From: a virus
Lineage: Duplodnaviria; Caudoviricetes
Direction: 5' to 3' (one strand)
Length of the DNA: 50,035 nt
Virus record (IMG/VR): IMGVR_UViG_3300037963_003349
Location: 1-50,035 of that record
Shown: in pieces, positions 27,709 through 40,000 of the stretch
Layout of the letters: each line of letters begins with the position of its first letter
Position numbering within the stretch: the first letter of the stretch is position 1
Notes under the pieces: generated by a model
What the model saw: the letters and a program-made list of their open reading frames with translations, nothing else
The model's database searches: none
What the model was told of the DNA's origin: nothing
Translations under genes and position numbers: made by a program

Positions 27709-28106
27709 TGCCAAAGTTTGGCAAACGAAGTAAGCAAAGACTTCAAGGTGTAGATTCTAAACTTGTCAATGTACTGAATGAAGTATGTAAATATTTTGAC
27801 ATTACTGTAATAGAAGGACTTCGTTCACAGGAACGACAGAATGAACTGGTTGCACAAGGCAAAAGTAAAACCAAGTTTGGAAAACACGTTCAAGGCAAAG
27901 CAGTAGATATTGCTCCATATCCTATCGATTGGAATGCAAGAGATGACTTTCATTATCTAGGAGGATTCGTTCTAGGAATTGCATCTCAAATGGGCATTAA
28001 TGTACGATGGGGAGGAGATTGGTCGGATTCCAGTTTAAGTCAAAACAGAAGGACAACGAAAGATAACAATTTCGATGACCTTGTACACTTCGAACTAAAG
28101 GAATGA
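27708..28106 (+). CDS. Endolysin, peptidase M15 family (L-Ala-D-Glu peptidase-like)
   Basis: EGLRSQERQ...KHVQGKAVD...RWGGDW...DLVHFEL. Confidence 0.92.
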   Translation: MPKFGKRSKQRLQGVDSKLVNVLNEVCKYFDITVIEGLRSQERQNELVAQGKSKTKFGKHVQGKAVDIAPYPIDWNARDDFHYLGGFVLGIASQMGINVRWGGDWSDSSLSQNRRTTKDNNFDDLVHFELKE

Positions 28107-28109
28107 GAC

Positions 28110-28871
28110 ATGAAAATCAAAGAACGAGTGGTAGTCTTTCCAGACATCCATTTCCCCAATCACGATGAGAAAGCATTTCGATGTGCATTAAATGTAATAC
28201 GTACATTAAAGCCATCTGCTTTTCTTTTGTTGGGAGATGTAATTGATGGTGAATCTGTTTCCCATTGGCAATGGAGTAAAAAGAAACGTCCTCCCCTGGA
28301 ATATCAACTTCCCTTTATTGAAAAAGAAATTAAAGAGGGGAATTTGGGTTTGGATAGAATTGATGAAGTTCTGGAAGAAGTGGGGTGTGAAAAAAAGCAA
28401 TTTGCCCAAGGGAATCACGAGAAATGGTTTGACCACTTTGTCGAAGAAAACCCATACCTTGAACATTACGGATCCAAACCAGCCTTTCGATTTGATGAAC
28501 GTGGATACGAATGGCATGACTACGGTGAAGTCTTTAAAGTGTTCGGGAGCAAACTATATGCTTACCATGGAGGACACTTTATGGGAGTTGCCCATGCAAG
28601 AACTCACGCCTTACAAATGGGATGCAATATCATCTATGGCCATACTCACGACTCCCAAAAAGCAGTCATCACACACATCTCAGGGCCACACATGGCGTAT
28701 TCAATGGGATGTTTGACCGATATGTCCAAAGACTATTTAAAAGGAAGACCAACCAATTGGACGCATAATGTTGGCATTGTTGACATCTTTACTAACAATA
28801 ACTTTAATCTGGTTGTTCTTGATATTGTTAATGGTCATACGTCTTACGGAGGAAAAATAATCAGTGCCTAA
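28110..28871 (+). CDS. Calcineurin-like metallophosphoesterase
   Basis: PDIH, GDVID, GNHE, YHG and GHTH motifs. Confidence 0.9.
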   Translation: MKIKERVVVFPDIHFPNHDEKAFRCALNVIRTLKPSAFLLLGDVIDGESVSHWQWSKKKRPPLEYQLPFIEKEIKEGNLGLDRIDEVLEEVGCEKKQFAQGNHEKWFDHFVEENPYLEHYGSKPAFRFDERGYEWHDYGEVFKVFGSKLYAYHGGHFMGVAHARTHALQMGCNIIYGHTHDSQKAVITHISGPHMAYSMGCLTDMSKDYLKGRPTNWTHNVGIVDIFTNNNFNLVVLDIVNGHTSYGGKIISA

Positions 28872-31527
28872 ACAAATCTTTCAGATTACAGATTTTAGCG
28901 GTGGTTTAAGTACATTAAAAGATCCTGCTGATATAGCAAATAACGAATTGCAGAGTATAGAAAATTTGCAAGTGGTGACACAAGGATCTCTTGTTCCTGG
29001 ATACAGTTATGCTGTAAACAGTACCTATGCTTCTAAACTTTCTGTTACTGGTGCTGAGTACAATAATGAAACTACTATTGACCATGATGGAAGTACAAAG
29101 AATGTTGGCGTAGGAATGACGATTACAGGAACTGGAATACCTGCAAGCACTACAGTTGTAAGTGTTGAATCCAATTCTAGCTTTACCATTTCTCAATCAA
29201 CAACAGGAGGAGCAAAAACTGGTCAAACACTCGTTGCGGATTTAGGTGTAACTTCATTAATACCTAATTATGGATTGGGTTATTTTGAAACCGATCATGC
29301 ATTGTCAGACACTACATTAACTTTAACTGCAGATCATAGTGGATGTAGCCACCCTACTAGATCTTGTGATTCTAACCAAGGATTTACAGTGTCTGGTGCT
29401 ACTTTATCTGCAATTACTGGCGGTTCTGCAGTAAACCTTACTACGTATTTTCCTATAGGAGTGAAACTTCTTTTAACTGTTCCTGAATCAGCTTCTAACG
29501 CTTTAACCGTTGCAACTTCTGGTGTGTATACTGTTGTAGCTCACAGTGGAAATAATATAATTGTAGATAGGAGTTTTAATATAGAACCAGGATCTCAAGG
29601 TATACATTATGCAACAGCAACAGTAAAAGCACATGCTTTAGGAGACACTGTATTTTTACTTTCCGATCCAGCTACTCACAAAATACATGTATATAGTACG
29701 GATTCAGGAAGATATTTAGCCAATCAAATTACTTTACGGTCTTCTTATAGCGGAAATCCTAGTAAAGTTAAATATTATAAAACAGAAGATAGTATACGTA
29801 TTTGCGATACTGCTGATAAAACAGATTGCAAAATTCAATGGTTTGGATGGATTTCTAGAAGACATTTTTTAAGCAATAATCGAGATACAAGTACTAATTC
29901 ATTCTTAGGCTATTATGCTAAAGATAACACATTAAGTGGCCCAACTGAATTAACGGTAACTGCTGTAAATGACGCAAGTGCTGGAACCGTTTGTACGGTT
30001 CCTTCTAGTGCAGGTGCTGGATTTGCAATGCACATTACTTCAGAAAATGATCAAACAGGAACTATATCTGCAACTAAATATGAATTTGCTCAAACGTTTA
30101 TTTATGATGGAAATCAGGAATCATTGCCTAAAGCTATGAGTTCTACTCTTACGCCAGCAAGTGATTTAAAAACTTTGTCTATTAGCATTGCAACCAAAGG
30201 AGCATTTGATCCTAGAATATCAGGAGGAAGAATATATATTCGAGAAGCAGAAACAAATGATGAATATATTATGCTTGTTGATATTGATTTGGCTAAAGGA
30301 TGCAGAACAAAATTTACAGATGACTACACTTCATGGTTTGATAATGGTAGTACAACAATGGGTACATATCTTTGCCCAACAAATAATGCAAGTGCAAATT
30401 TTAGAGTAAGGGAATTAAATTTATTAACCTATGAAATTATTAATGGTTTTTCTTCTAGTATTTTTAGCCATACAATTGGAGATCAAGGAGAAAATTGGAA
30501 AGATTCCGTTGTTGCTAATAATAGAGCTTTTGTTTGCAATGTAACTATTAAAGATGAAAATACTGGAACAACTAAAGATACTGCAGCTTTAACTACGTTT
30601 TCAGATAGAATTATGTATTCTATGCCCAATCGTTTTGACACATTTCCTTATCACAATTTTATTGAAACAGCTAAAGGAGATGCAGAAACATATGTAGCTA
30701 TAGATTCTTTTGCAGATAGATTATTAGCGTTTAAGCAATATAGTGTGGATATTATTAATATTGCATCTCCTGATGATGCAAGTTGGTTTTTAGAAGATTC
30801 TAGAAAGCATATGGGAGTACAGAATCCTAGTTGTGTTCAAAAAACTCAGTATGGTATTGTATGGGTAAACAAACAAGGGTTTTTCCTTTATAACGGAAGT
30901 AAAATATTAAATATATCTGAAAATAAATTAAACGATATTGATCTTAAAGATCTTCAAACATCCAATTCTTCTTTGATATACGATGAAGTAGAGTCTACAG
31001 TTTATTTTACAAAAAACAGCGCATCAAGTGCTGATGGTATTATACTTGATTTGAAAAAAGGAACATTTGTTAATACTTCTGCTCTTACTCCTATTGCAAA
31101 TGATGGTTTTTCTAATGGGATAAATACTATAAATTATCCAATGATTGCCAGTGATGAAGGCGACCATATTGATTTGTACAATTTAGTTAGAACAAGAGGT
31201 TCTCATACTTCAGTTTTTCAAACAAAAGATTTTGATTTTGGAGATCCATCTACTACCAAAAGAATTTATGCAATATACATTACATACAAATCAGATGATG
31301 CATTAACAGGTTATTTTACTATTGAAGAACCTGATGGAACTTCCCATAGTTTATCAGGAACTGTATCTGCTTCTGCGTCTAACTATTCTGTAGTAAAGTT
31401 AACTCCAAATAGTACATGTGATGTAAGCAAAGCATCTATAAAAATGACAACGAGTTCTAATTCTAGAATTATATATATAAATGATATTTCCGTTGAATAC
31501 AGAACCTTAAAGAAGAAAATAGCATAA
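28864..31527 (+). CDS. Tail nozzle/stabilisation protein (P22 gp10/T7 gp12-like)
   Basis: N-terminal DFSGGL, propeller-like RIMYS..PNRFD and WVNKQGFFLYNG, C-terminal FQTKDFDFGDP..KRIY; precedes the ejection genes. Confidence 0.7.
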   Translation: MPKQIFQITDFSGGLSTLKDPADIANNELQSIENLQVVTQGSLVPGYSYAVNSTYASKLSVTGAEYNNETTIDHDGSTKNVGVGMTITGTGIPASTTVVSVESNSSFTISQSTTGGAKTGQTLVADLGVTSLIPNYGLGYFETDHALSDTTLTLTADHSGCSHPTRSCDSNQGFTVSGATLSAITGGSAVNLTTYFPIGVKLLLTVPESASNALTVATSGVYTVVAHSGNNIIVDRSFNIEPGSQGIHYATATVKAHALGDTVFLLSDPATHKIHVYSTDSGRYLANQITLRSSYSGNPSKVKYYKTEDSIRICDTADKTDCKIQWFGWISRRHFLSNNRDTSTNSFLGYYAKDNTLSGPTELTVTAVNDASAGTVCTVPSSAGAGFAMHITSENDQTGTISATKYEFAQTFIYDGNQESLPKAMSSTLTPASDLKTLSISIATKGAFDPRISGGRIYIREAETNDEYIMLVDIDLAKGCRTKFTDDYTSWFDNGSTTMGTYLCPTNNASANFRVRELNLLTYEIINGFSSSIFSHTIGDQGENWKDSVVANNRAFVCNVTIKDENTGTTKDTAALTTFSDRIMYSMPNRFDTFPYHNFIETAKGDAETYVAIDSFADRLLAFKQYSVDIINIASPDDASWFLEDSRKHMGVQNPSCVQKTQYGIVWVNKQGFFLYNGSKILNISENKLNDIDLKDLQTSNSSLIYDEVESTVYFTKNSASSADGIILDLKKGTFVNTSALTPIANDGFSNGINTINYPMIASDEGDHIDLYNLVRTRGSHTSVFQTKDFDFGDPSTTKRIYAIYITYKSDDALTGYFTIEEPDGTSHSLSGTVSASASNYSVVKLTPNSTCDVSKASIKMTTSSNSRIIYINDISVEYRTLKKKIA

Positions 31528-31715
31528 TGGACAGAGCAACAAGATTTATACAAAACAAAAAACAAGATAAAATACGTGTCGTTACCAATCAGCCATCTGT
31601 ACAAAGTATGAGAGAAGGTGAAGAAGTATTGTTTTTTACAAAAGATGGAAAACTTTCTAGGTATAGAAAAGAAAGTGGTCAATTGTGGAAATCAGATATG
31701 GTTAAAGCTGGATAA
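31527..31715 (+). CDS. Hypothetical protein
   Basis: 62 aa, coupled to the upstream stop. Confidence 0.65.
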   Translation: MDRATRFIQNKKQDKIRVVTNQPSVQSMREGEEVLFFTKDGKLSRYRKESGQLWKSDMVKAG

Positions 31716-31743
31716 GTGACAAAAGATTTAATAGGAGTTTAGA

Positions 31744-32658
31744 ATGGCGCAAAAAAATCAACAGCAAGTAACAACTAAAACTATGCAACCACCAAAAGTA
31801 GATTTAAGTCGTCTTGCAATGGCAAAGCAAGTAGATACAGATCAAAAAGAATATCAAAAAGCCCAAGCAGATCTACAGAAAAAGCAGAAAAAAAGAGGTT
31901 GGTGGAAAGGTGGAGGGCAATTACTAGGTGGAGCAGGTGGTGGCTGGCTTGGTGGTCTTTTAGGCGCAGGTATTACAGGTGCATTGGCATTAACAGGCCC
32001 TGTTGGTTGGATGGTAGGAGCTGCAGCTACTGGACTAGGAGCAGGAGTAGGTTCGTATGCAGGAGGCAGAAAAGGAATTGAAGGTGGAGAACGATTTGAT
32101 AAAGGTGCTGATACCAGAAGAGTTCAATTAAGAGACCGTCCTCGAGTTTCAGGATATGGCCAATCTGCATTAGAGGGAGAAAAGAAAGCTTGGAATCAAG
32201 CAGAAAAATCTCAGCTAGTAAAATCGTCTTTAATCACAGGTGCAACTGCAGGTTTGGATAAATACTTTAAACTTGCAAAAGCAGGTAAATCTGCAGAAAT
32301 GGCAAGAACAGGTTTAAGTGCGGCACCAACAAAAACTCCTGAAATTCCACAAGAATTATTATCTGACTATCAAAGTAGTTGGGGTGATAAAGCTATGGAA
32401 AATTTGTTAACAGATAATCCTCAGTACATGGACTCATATGGACGCTTAGCAGATGGAACATTAGCAGGTGGATCATATGGAGGAATTCCTATGGAAGGAT
32501 TATCTGTAACACCCAATCAAGGCCTAATAGGTAGGACGACTTCTGCTATGGGAAATTACCAAGCTAGTATGCCTGGAAAAGGGATTGCTGATTGGCTTAA
32601 AGGTGATAAACAAATGAGTAATACTATGTTAAATCTTCTTGCTAGAAGAGGAGGGTAA
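31744..32658 (+). CDS. Putative DNA ejection/internal virion protein
   Basis: Gly/Ala-rich hydrophobic hairpin (GGGQLLGGAGGGWLGGLLGAG...). Confidence 0.65.
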   Translation: MAQKNQQQVTTKTMQPPKVDLSRLAMAKQVDTDQKEYQKAQADLQKKQKKRGWWKGGGQLLGGAGGGWLGGLLGAGITGALALTGPVGWMVGAAATGLGAGVGSYAGGRKGIEGGERFDKGADTRRVQLRDRPRVSGYGQSALEGEKKAWNQAEKSQLVKSSLITGATAGLDKYFKLAKAGKSAEMARTGLSAAPTKTPEIPQELLSDYQSSWGDKAMENLLTDNPQYMDSYGRLADGTLAGGSYGGIPMEGLSVTPNQGLIGRTTSAMGNYQASMPGKGIADWLKGDKQMSNTMLNLLARRGG

Positions 32659-32663
32659 CAATA

Positions 32664-33239
32664 ATGGCTATGAGTTATGAAAATACAGGTGGGTCAGATC
32701 CAGGAGGCGGAGGCGGAACTGCAGGAAGCAGTACAGGTAGTACAGGCATGGGTGACTATGGTGCAACTGCACCAGCAGATTACGGTGGTGTCCAAGATTA
32801 TTTAGATCAAATGGGGGTAAACGTAGATGAAAGTCTTATGGGCTTTCTTCCTAGTACTCAAAGAGTAGATACTGCCTATAACAGAATGCTTGAAGATCAA
32901 GGTTATTTTGCAGATCAATTTGGTTTGCAAAGACAAGGCATGAGAACGCAAGGTATGAATCAAATGTCTCAGATGTTTGGAGGGCAAGGTTTGATGAGTG
33001 CCATGGGTGGTGGCTTTGGTGGAAAAAGCAGAGGTATTATGAAAAATATGGATCAAGTACGTTCTGCTTATTCACAAGATTTAGCAGGAGGTTTGCTTGA
33101 CTTTAATAGAGACATGCAACAATCTGCAAGAGGATACGAAGATGCACAAATGTCGTATCAAGATAGTTTGGTAGATCGTCTGATTCAGTTACAAGGAATG
33201 TACAAAGACGAAGATGAACCGTTAATAACATTTAGCTAG
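32664..33239 (+). CDS. Putative ejection protein
   Basis: G/Q/M-rich helical protein in the ejection module. Confidence 0.6.
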   Translation: MAMSYENTGGSDPGGGGGTAGSSTGSTGMGDYGATAPADYGGVQDYLDQMGVNVDESLMGFLPSTQRVDTAYNRMLEDQGYFADQFGLQRQGMRTQGMNQMSQMFGGQGLMSAMGGGFGGKSRGIMKNMDQVRSAYSQDLAGGLLDFNRDMQQSARGYEDAQMSYQDSLVDRLIQLQGMYKDEDEPLITFS

Positions 33240-33248
33240 GAGTTACAT

Positions 33249-34031
33249 ATGGCTGATTATAAACCTACTTTTTTTGATCAATTAATCAATCTACTTCCAA
33301 GCCTTATTGCACCTACTTTGCAATATAAGGTAGCAAAAGATGGTCAAAAAGCACAAATGGATAGATTGAATGTTCAGTTACAAGCACAGAAAGATCTGGC
33401 AAAACAAAGCCAAGATTTTCAAATTAAAGAAAAAGCAATTGATCGTGATATAGCTTCTGTTAGAGCAGGCAATGAAATGGCATTTAAAAATTTACAACTT
33501 GCTCAACAAGCTTTAGATAGCACTAAAAGAATTGATGCTATAGAAAGAGGTCAGGATATATCAGCATATACTGCAGAGCAAGCTCAAAAACATGGATTGC
33601 TTAAACAAGATAAGTCTATTGAAGCAACTCGAATGCTACAAGAAGACATGCTTAAGTTAAGAAAAGAACTAGAAAAAGAAGGAAAGCTTGATTTAATATC
33701 TAAACAACCTGTTTCAGTATCTGATTTTTTAACAGGATCAGCGATGACAGAGCCTGAACAATTTTTTATTGATGAATCAGCAATGATTGAAGATTACAAA
33801 GGCATGAAAGAAGGTCTTAAAAAAGAAGTAAATAGAGTTGCTCAAATGAGTCCTCGAAATCAGCAAAGAATTGATGTCTTAAATGCTATTTACGATTTGC
33901 AAAGTTCTTTTGAAAATCCATACGTAAAAGATCAATGGTTTGATGATGCACAAAACAAACAAGTAGAAGGAATATTAAAAGATTTATATCAATGGTCTTC
34001 CTTACTTGAACCTAAATATTCAAAAAGATAA
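33249..34031 (+). CDS. Putative ejection protein
   Basis: Q/K-rich coiled coil just upstream of the giant gene. Confidence 0.6.
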   Translation: MADYKPTFFDQLINLLPSLIAPTLQYKVAKDGQKAQMDRLNVQLQAQKDLAKQSQDFQIKEKAIDRDIASVRAGNEMAFKNLQLAQQALDSTKRIDAIERGQDISAYTAEQAQKHGLLKQDKSIEATRMLQEDMLKLRKELEKEGKLDLISKQPVSVSDFLTGSAMTEPEQFFIDESAMIEDYKGMKEGLKKEVNRVAQMSPRNQQRIDVLNAIYDLQSSFENPYVKDQWFDDAQNKQVEGILKDLYQWSSLLEPKYSKR

Positions 34032-34042
34032 TCTAATATATA

Positions 34043-37000
34043 ATGGATCGTTATGATTTATTGCAGTATATCAATGCATATAATTTGCAACCGTATGCAT
34101 TTGATGATGAATCTGTTGATGCTTTAAGTCAGTTAGCCAACGAATTCGAAGTCCCTTTTCAGCGTAATATTGAAGCTGAAGAGCAAAAACAGACAGGAGT
34201 TTTGGGGCAATTATTTGGCGGTATTCTTGAAGGAGCAATCCCACTTCCTTTCGATATGGCTAAAGATCCTGTTACATCCGCACAGCAAATATCCCGTAGC
34301 GTAGGTAGCTTAATTGGTTTTGTTCCTGGTATACTAGGAGGACCTCTCGCATGGGCAGGTAAAGGTGCATTAAAACTAGGAGCAAAAGGTGCATTAGCTA
34401 CAGGAGCTCAAAAAGTTGGATCACTTGGAAAAGGTATATCCTCAATAAAATCTGTACCTATGCGTGGAGCTGATTATTTACTTGGTAAAGAAGTAGGTGA
34501 AGGTGTTATAGCTAAATTAGGTTCAGCTGGTGCAACTGCAGATCGCTTTATGAAAGGCACAACGGTTGCAGGAGATATTGCCAAAGCAAGTGTACATTTA
34601 GGTACTGCTAGTTTAATAAGTGAGGTATGGGAAGGCCCTAGTGCTATGTTTGATAGCTTTGTACATGGTGCAGTAGCAGGGGGAGCGTTTGGTGCAATAG
34701 GAAACTATCAAAACCTTTTACAAAAAGCTACTGGTTCTAGTGGGCCTGTCTTACAAAAACTTGCTGAAAACAAGTTAATGGAAGGCACATTAAAAGCGAT
34801 GGTAGGTGCAGGGTTTCAAGGAGGTTTGGCAGCTTCCCATGATGCGCCAACTGCAGTAGTAATCTATGAATCTTTATTAGGTGGTTACTTTGGAGCTACT
34901 CATCCATCTGTTCAAGTAAGAACAGGAAGGGAATGGTTTACAAGATACAGCGCTGATCCTGCTAAGAAACAACATGAAATGTTAAAAGATCCTTCTTTTG
35001 AAAGCTTAGATCCTCAAGTAAAAAAAGTAGTAGAAGATTTGCATTTTCAAGATATAGGGGAAATGTATAATAGACATTTACAAGACACTCAAAATATAGA
35101 TTATTTTGATAGGTCTAGTGCTGCACAACTATTAAGAAATCAGTTTAAAGATAAAATATATGAAGAGTATTCTACCAAGAATAACATTGAAAGAAACAAG
35201 CTTACGGATAAAGAAAAAACAGAAGCGTTAAAAGAAGAAATAGAACCTACATTGCAAATCATGGAGATTATTCGTGAAGGCAATCAAATATCCGATGAAA
35301 TACTTCGTAAAAGCCCAAAAGATTTAACAGGAGAGACTAAAGAGGTTTATAAAAAACTAACTGAAGATGAAATTGCAAAAATAGAAAAAGGTGAATTTGA
35401 ACCTATATATAATTACCTAATCAGTAGAAACGATTTCTTTAAGACATGGACTACAGAGCAAAACGGTAAAGATGTTTTACGGATGGAAGAGCAGGTAGAA
35501 ATACAAGCTGAGTTAGACAGACAGCCTGTAGTAAGAAAATTTATAAACGATGTAAAGCCTCGTATTAAAGATAAAGATATATCCGATGTAGAAATTGCAG
35601 ACACTGTATTAAAATCGTTTAATAAGAACTATAAAAAAGAAGACGATAAAACTCAGTATCAAAGAAGAACAACAGAAAAACTATTAAGTGAAGAGCCAGA
35701 ACTAGCACACAGAATTATAGATAGACTATCAGAAACCTATCCAAATATTACAAGAGAGATATCGGAAAAAGTATTTGATATACATGGCAATGAAGTAGCA
35801 GGAAAAGCATTAGGGAATGCAGTAAAATGGAGCAAAAGCAAGGGTGCTTTGGATACTCCTCCACATGAATATGCTCATGTATATATTGATATGTTTGAAA
35901 GTTCTAGTGTCGTACAGGCAGGAATTCGTCAATTTGGAAGTAAGGAAGCCTTGGCTGATTTTCTAGGAAAAGATTATGTAAACAAAATACAAGATCAAGG
36001 TTTACGCTCAAGAGCAAAAGAATGGGTAAAACAGTTTTGGGCTGAAATGAAAAATTACTTTGGCTTGCTAAATGACGACAAAGAAATCACAAATATTCTA
36101 TCTAGAAGATTCTTTAGAGGAAAGCCTTCAGGAACTGCGGAACTAACTACAAGAAGTTTTGCAGAACAATCGTTACAACGATTTAATAGCGTTCCTGAGG
36201 ATATGCGATCCAATATAGTAAAAACAACTCTGAAATCTTTTGGTGCAATTAAAGATACAGAAACTCTTGTATTGAACGATTCTTTTTACAAAAGACTTGA
36301 AAATGCAGGAATTAAAAAAGCAGAAATAGATTTAATTAAGCATATGGCTGAAAGTGAGCAAATGCATCGAGTAAAAGCAGATGTATTTAAAACTCAAATG
36401 ATGCAGTATCTGTTTCCTATAAAAATTGTACGTTCAGAAACAACCGCTCCTGGAGAAATTGGTGTTCCTATGGAAGCAAGGGAAAGTGTACCAACATCAT
36501 TTTATAAAAGGTTATCTGTAGAAGGAGGAACTAATTACGGAGAATATCGCTTTGAAGTTCCTTTTGAAGTACTTAAAAGTCATCCTCGATTTGCAACAGA
36601 AAATATGGCAGGTTGGTTTAGAGGAGATGTATCTGCAAAAGAAGAATTTGCACCTACTAAGACTTTTCGTGTTCTTGAAATGCAGTCAGATTTATTTCAA
36701 AAGGGAAGAAAAACTGGTGACTATCTTCCCGAAGGAAAATCTGAAAAATTTGTAAAAATATCGCCAGATAATCCTGAAACTTTGAATTGGAAAGTAGGGG
36801 ATATAGTAGATCGATTTGGAAAAAAATACAAGGTTGCAGAAAGAAAACGGGTAGAATCTATGCTTGATCCACAAGAGCCATACATAGATCGATTTACATT
36901 GGAACCTGTAAAGTTAGACACAGATCATACAGCTTATTTAAAATCTTTGCAGAAAAACTGGCATGATTATTTTGCAAGAGCAATTCATCAATGGGCGGCA

Positions 37001-40000
37001 GAACAAGGATACGAAAAAGTACGATGGCCATCTGGAGAAACTGCGGCACGTGTTGAGGGGCATACGGTAATTTCTGAAAGGATAAAAAGTGATAAAGCAA
37101 GGTTAAAAGAAGCTACAAGTGAACTGACAAGGTTAAAGAAAAAAGAAAAAGAAGAAAAAGCTAAGATAAAAGGAAAATTACAAAAAATAGCATCAAAATT
37201 TGACAGTACTTTGATGTCTAAAACTCCTATGCAAATTAATCAACCTTCTAACTCAGAGGATCCTTTAGTTAGGATTTTAGAAAAAAAATATGGAGTAGAT
37301 ATAAATACCCTTTTTACTGGCAATACAGAATTTAAAATAACCAATTTAAAAAGTTTTAAAGAAGATTCGTTCCTTGAAACTCAATGGTATACTCCTTGGT
37401 TGGGTTCCAGAGCTTTGCCTTACACACGTTTTCTAGAAGGGATAGAAAAAGGCACTTATGGTATCTTTATTGATAATGGCAAACTACGATATACGCAATA
37501 TCCAAATAGATATCAATTTAAAGAACTGTCTAAAAAAGAAGCTTTTGAACTTTACAATCACCAAGAGAAAAAAAATATTGATGCTAGAGTAATGAGTGTT
37601 GAATCTCAAGTAAGAAGTATATTAAATGCAAAAAATGATTTAGAAAAAAACATACAACGGTTTAAAACAGAAGGTCTAGATAAGCTTGCTCCTATACAAA
37701 ATTTCTATCAAAATACAATGCGTAAGGTTTTGCAAAAGTCTCGTAAAAAGAATCTATCTTTAGAGAAAGATGAACATGGTAATTACTGGTTTGAAACCGA
37801 TATTACTGGACAAGATAAAATGCCAATTGTGCAATATCAAAGGATTGCAAAAGAACCTATTGATGGCTATGAAAAATTTAAGGACGACATATATAAAAAG
37901 TTAGACGTAGAACCTACTGCCAAAACAGATCGTGAATTACGTCAAGCATATGAACAATTCAGGCAGAATAAGAATCAAAGGCAATACGAGTTTAATCTAC
38001 AAACAGGAACCTTAAAAGAGACAGTAGAATACAACTCCCTAGGAGTACGAAAGCCTTTGTATCATCCCATGTTGCCACATGAACAAATGTATGGATATGA
38101 AGGCAAGTCGTATGTAATCAATGAAACGGTTGTAAATGGCAGAAGCTACAATCCTCTTGGAAAGATGTTTAAGAAAAGCCCTACAGGTGAATGGGAATAC
38201 AGATATGTAATGGAAAAGGGTGACTGGAATAGATTGCTGTTAAACATTCAAAAGAATGATAAAGACAGCTATATGTGGTTAAGTGAAAAGGACAAAGGAA
38301 AGTTAATTGTAAGACCTCTTCATCCTGAAACAAGAAAAACAAAAGTAAACAAGATTTTTAACAAAGAAGAGCTAGCAACACTGTATAGAGATAGAGGTGA
38401 ATTTTATAAGCTAGTTGGTGTCGAGACATCCAGTAAAGAAGTAAAAGACCAGTGGAAAAAATACCATGAAGAAATGGCAATTAGTAACAAGCTATACGAT
38501 CCTATTGGTGAATTTAAGAATGCATTAGAACTGGTAAAAAGATCTAGTGTAATGTCTTCTAAAGATTATGCTTTAGACCCTGCAAAGTTTCAGGATATTG
38601 CACCTGATGGTATTGATGTTATTATGGTAAACGACAGTAAGAGTGCAAAATATCTAGATAAGCCAGAAACGTACAAAGTTCAGGTAAAGGGTAAAGGTAA
38701 AAAGTTTTCAGAAGAAAAAATTTATGATAGTGATGTAGATGGCTATGTAGTACTGCATACTAAGTTGTTTAATAGGATAGTAGAGTCTATGGGTTTTGAT
38801 CCATCTACTTCCCATATTAAACCTACTATTGCCACAAAGATTGATGGCAGAATGTTTATTCTAAAAGGTGGCATTCATCCTTCACAGCAAGGTTTTGATA
38901 ATGCTATGGTAAATCCTAACAGCATGATTGTAATGACTTCTGCAGGAAAGGTTCATCCTGGAAAAGAGTATATAGGAAAAGTAGATAAAAATGGAGCTTA
39001 TCGTTTCTACAATGAAAATGCAAAAGGTGGATTGGACATACAGAAAAACCCTGAACGGTTTAAACTTCCTGTAGAAAAACTCCTCGTAAATTTTGGAGTA
39101 TATGGAGACAGTCATGCAGTGGATCCTGTTACTATTAAACGACAGTTTCACAGTGTGTTAAATGGTTTAAATATGGGGGGCAAATACAAAGCTGGATACG
39201 ATGCATTGATGGGAGAGTTTCGTAAAAGTTTTGATGGAGAAGCAGAGCAAAATGAAATGGTGCGTAGGATGTTGTCAAAGCCTACTATGGAAATTCCCAA
39301 AGAATTTGATATCAGCAAAATAGGACATAAGGAAATTGTAGATATTTTTAATCAGTCTCAATCAAACTCTCCGTTGTTAAAACTTTTGATGAAAGACATT
39401 ATTAAAGACTATAAAAATATAAAGCAAAGTGAAGAGATAACTGAGACCGATTTACTAGCAGCTACAAGCTACATTAATAGACTAGAAAAGCAATTAAAAG
39501 ACACAGGCTATAATGTTATTGCAGTACGCTATTTGGACGCAGGAAGTGAGAATTTTAACGATGCAGTACTCAGGTATATTAAAAACAAATACCTTACTCC
39601 ACGATGGGATTACAGTGCCTCATCCTGGGTAGCAGGAGTACATGGTTTATTTAAACATGCCTTAGAAGGGAAAGAAATCAAGAAAGACCATTTTATGCTT
39701 GGTCACAGTATGGGAGACATGAAACATGCCAAATATGGTACGCTCAAAGAAGCGTGGAAAGAGTATCAAAAAATCAAAGACTCCAAAAAGAAAAAAGACT
39801 TCAAGGAAGAACACTTACGGATAGCAATTATGCGTGTTCCAAGTCCTGATGTGAGTGGTACACGTGTATTGTATTTTGATGGGTTTGCCAAGAAAGGTAC
39901 AACGCCTGATTACGGAACGTATATGAGGCAGAAAGATCATTTTTATATTGATGGTGCAGACGTAGATGGAGACAAAGTATTCTTGTATCAGAATATGCCT

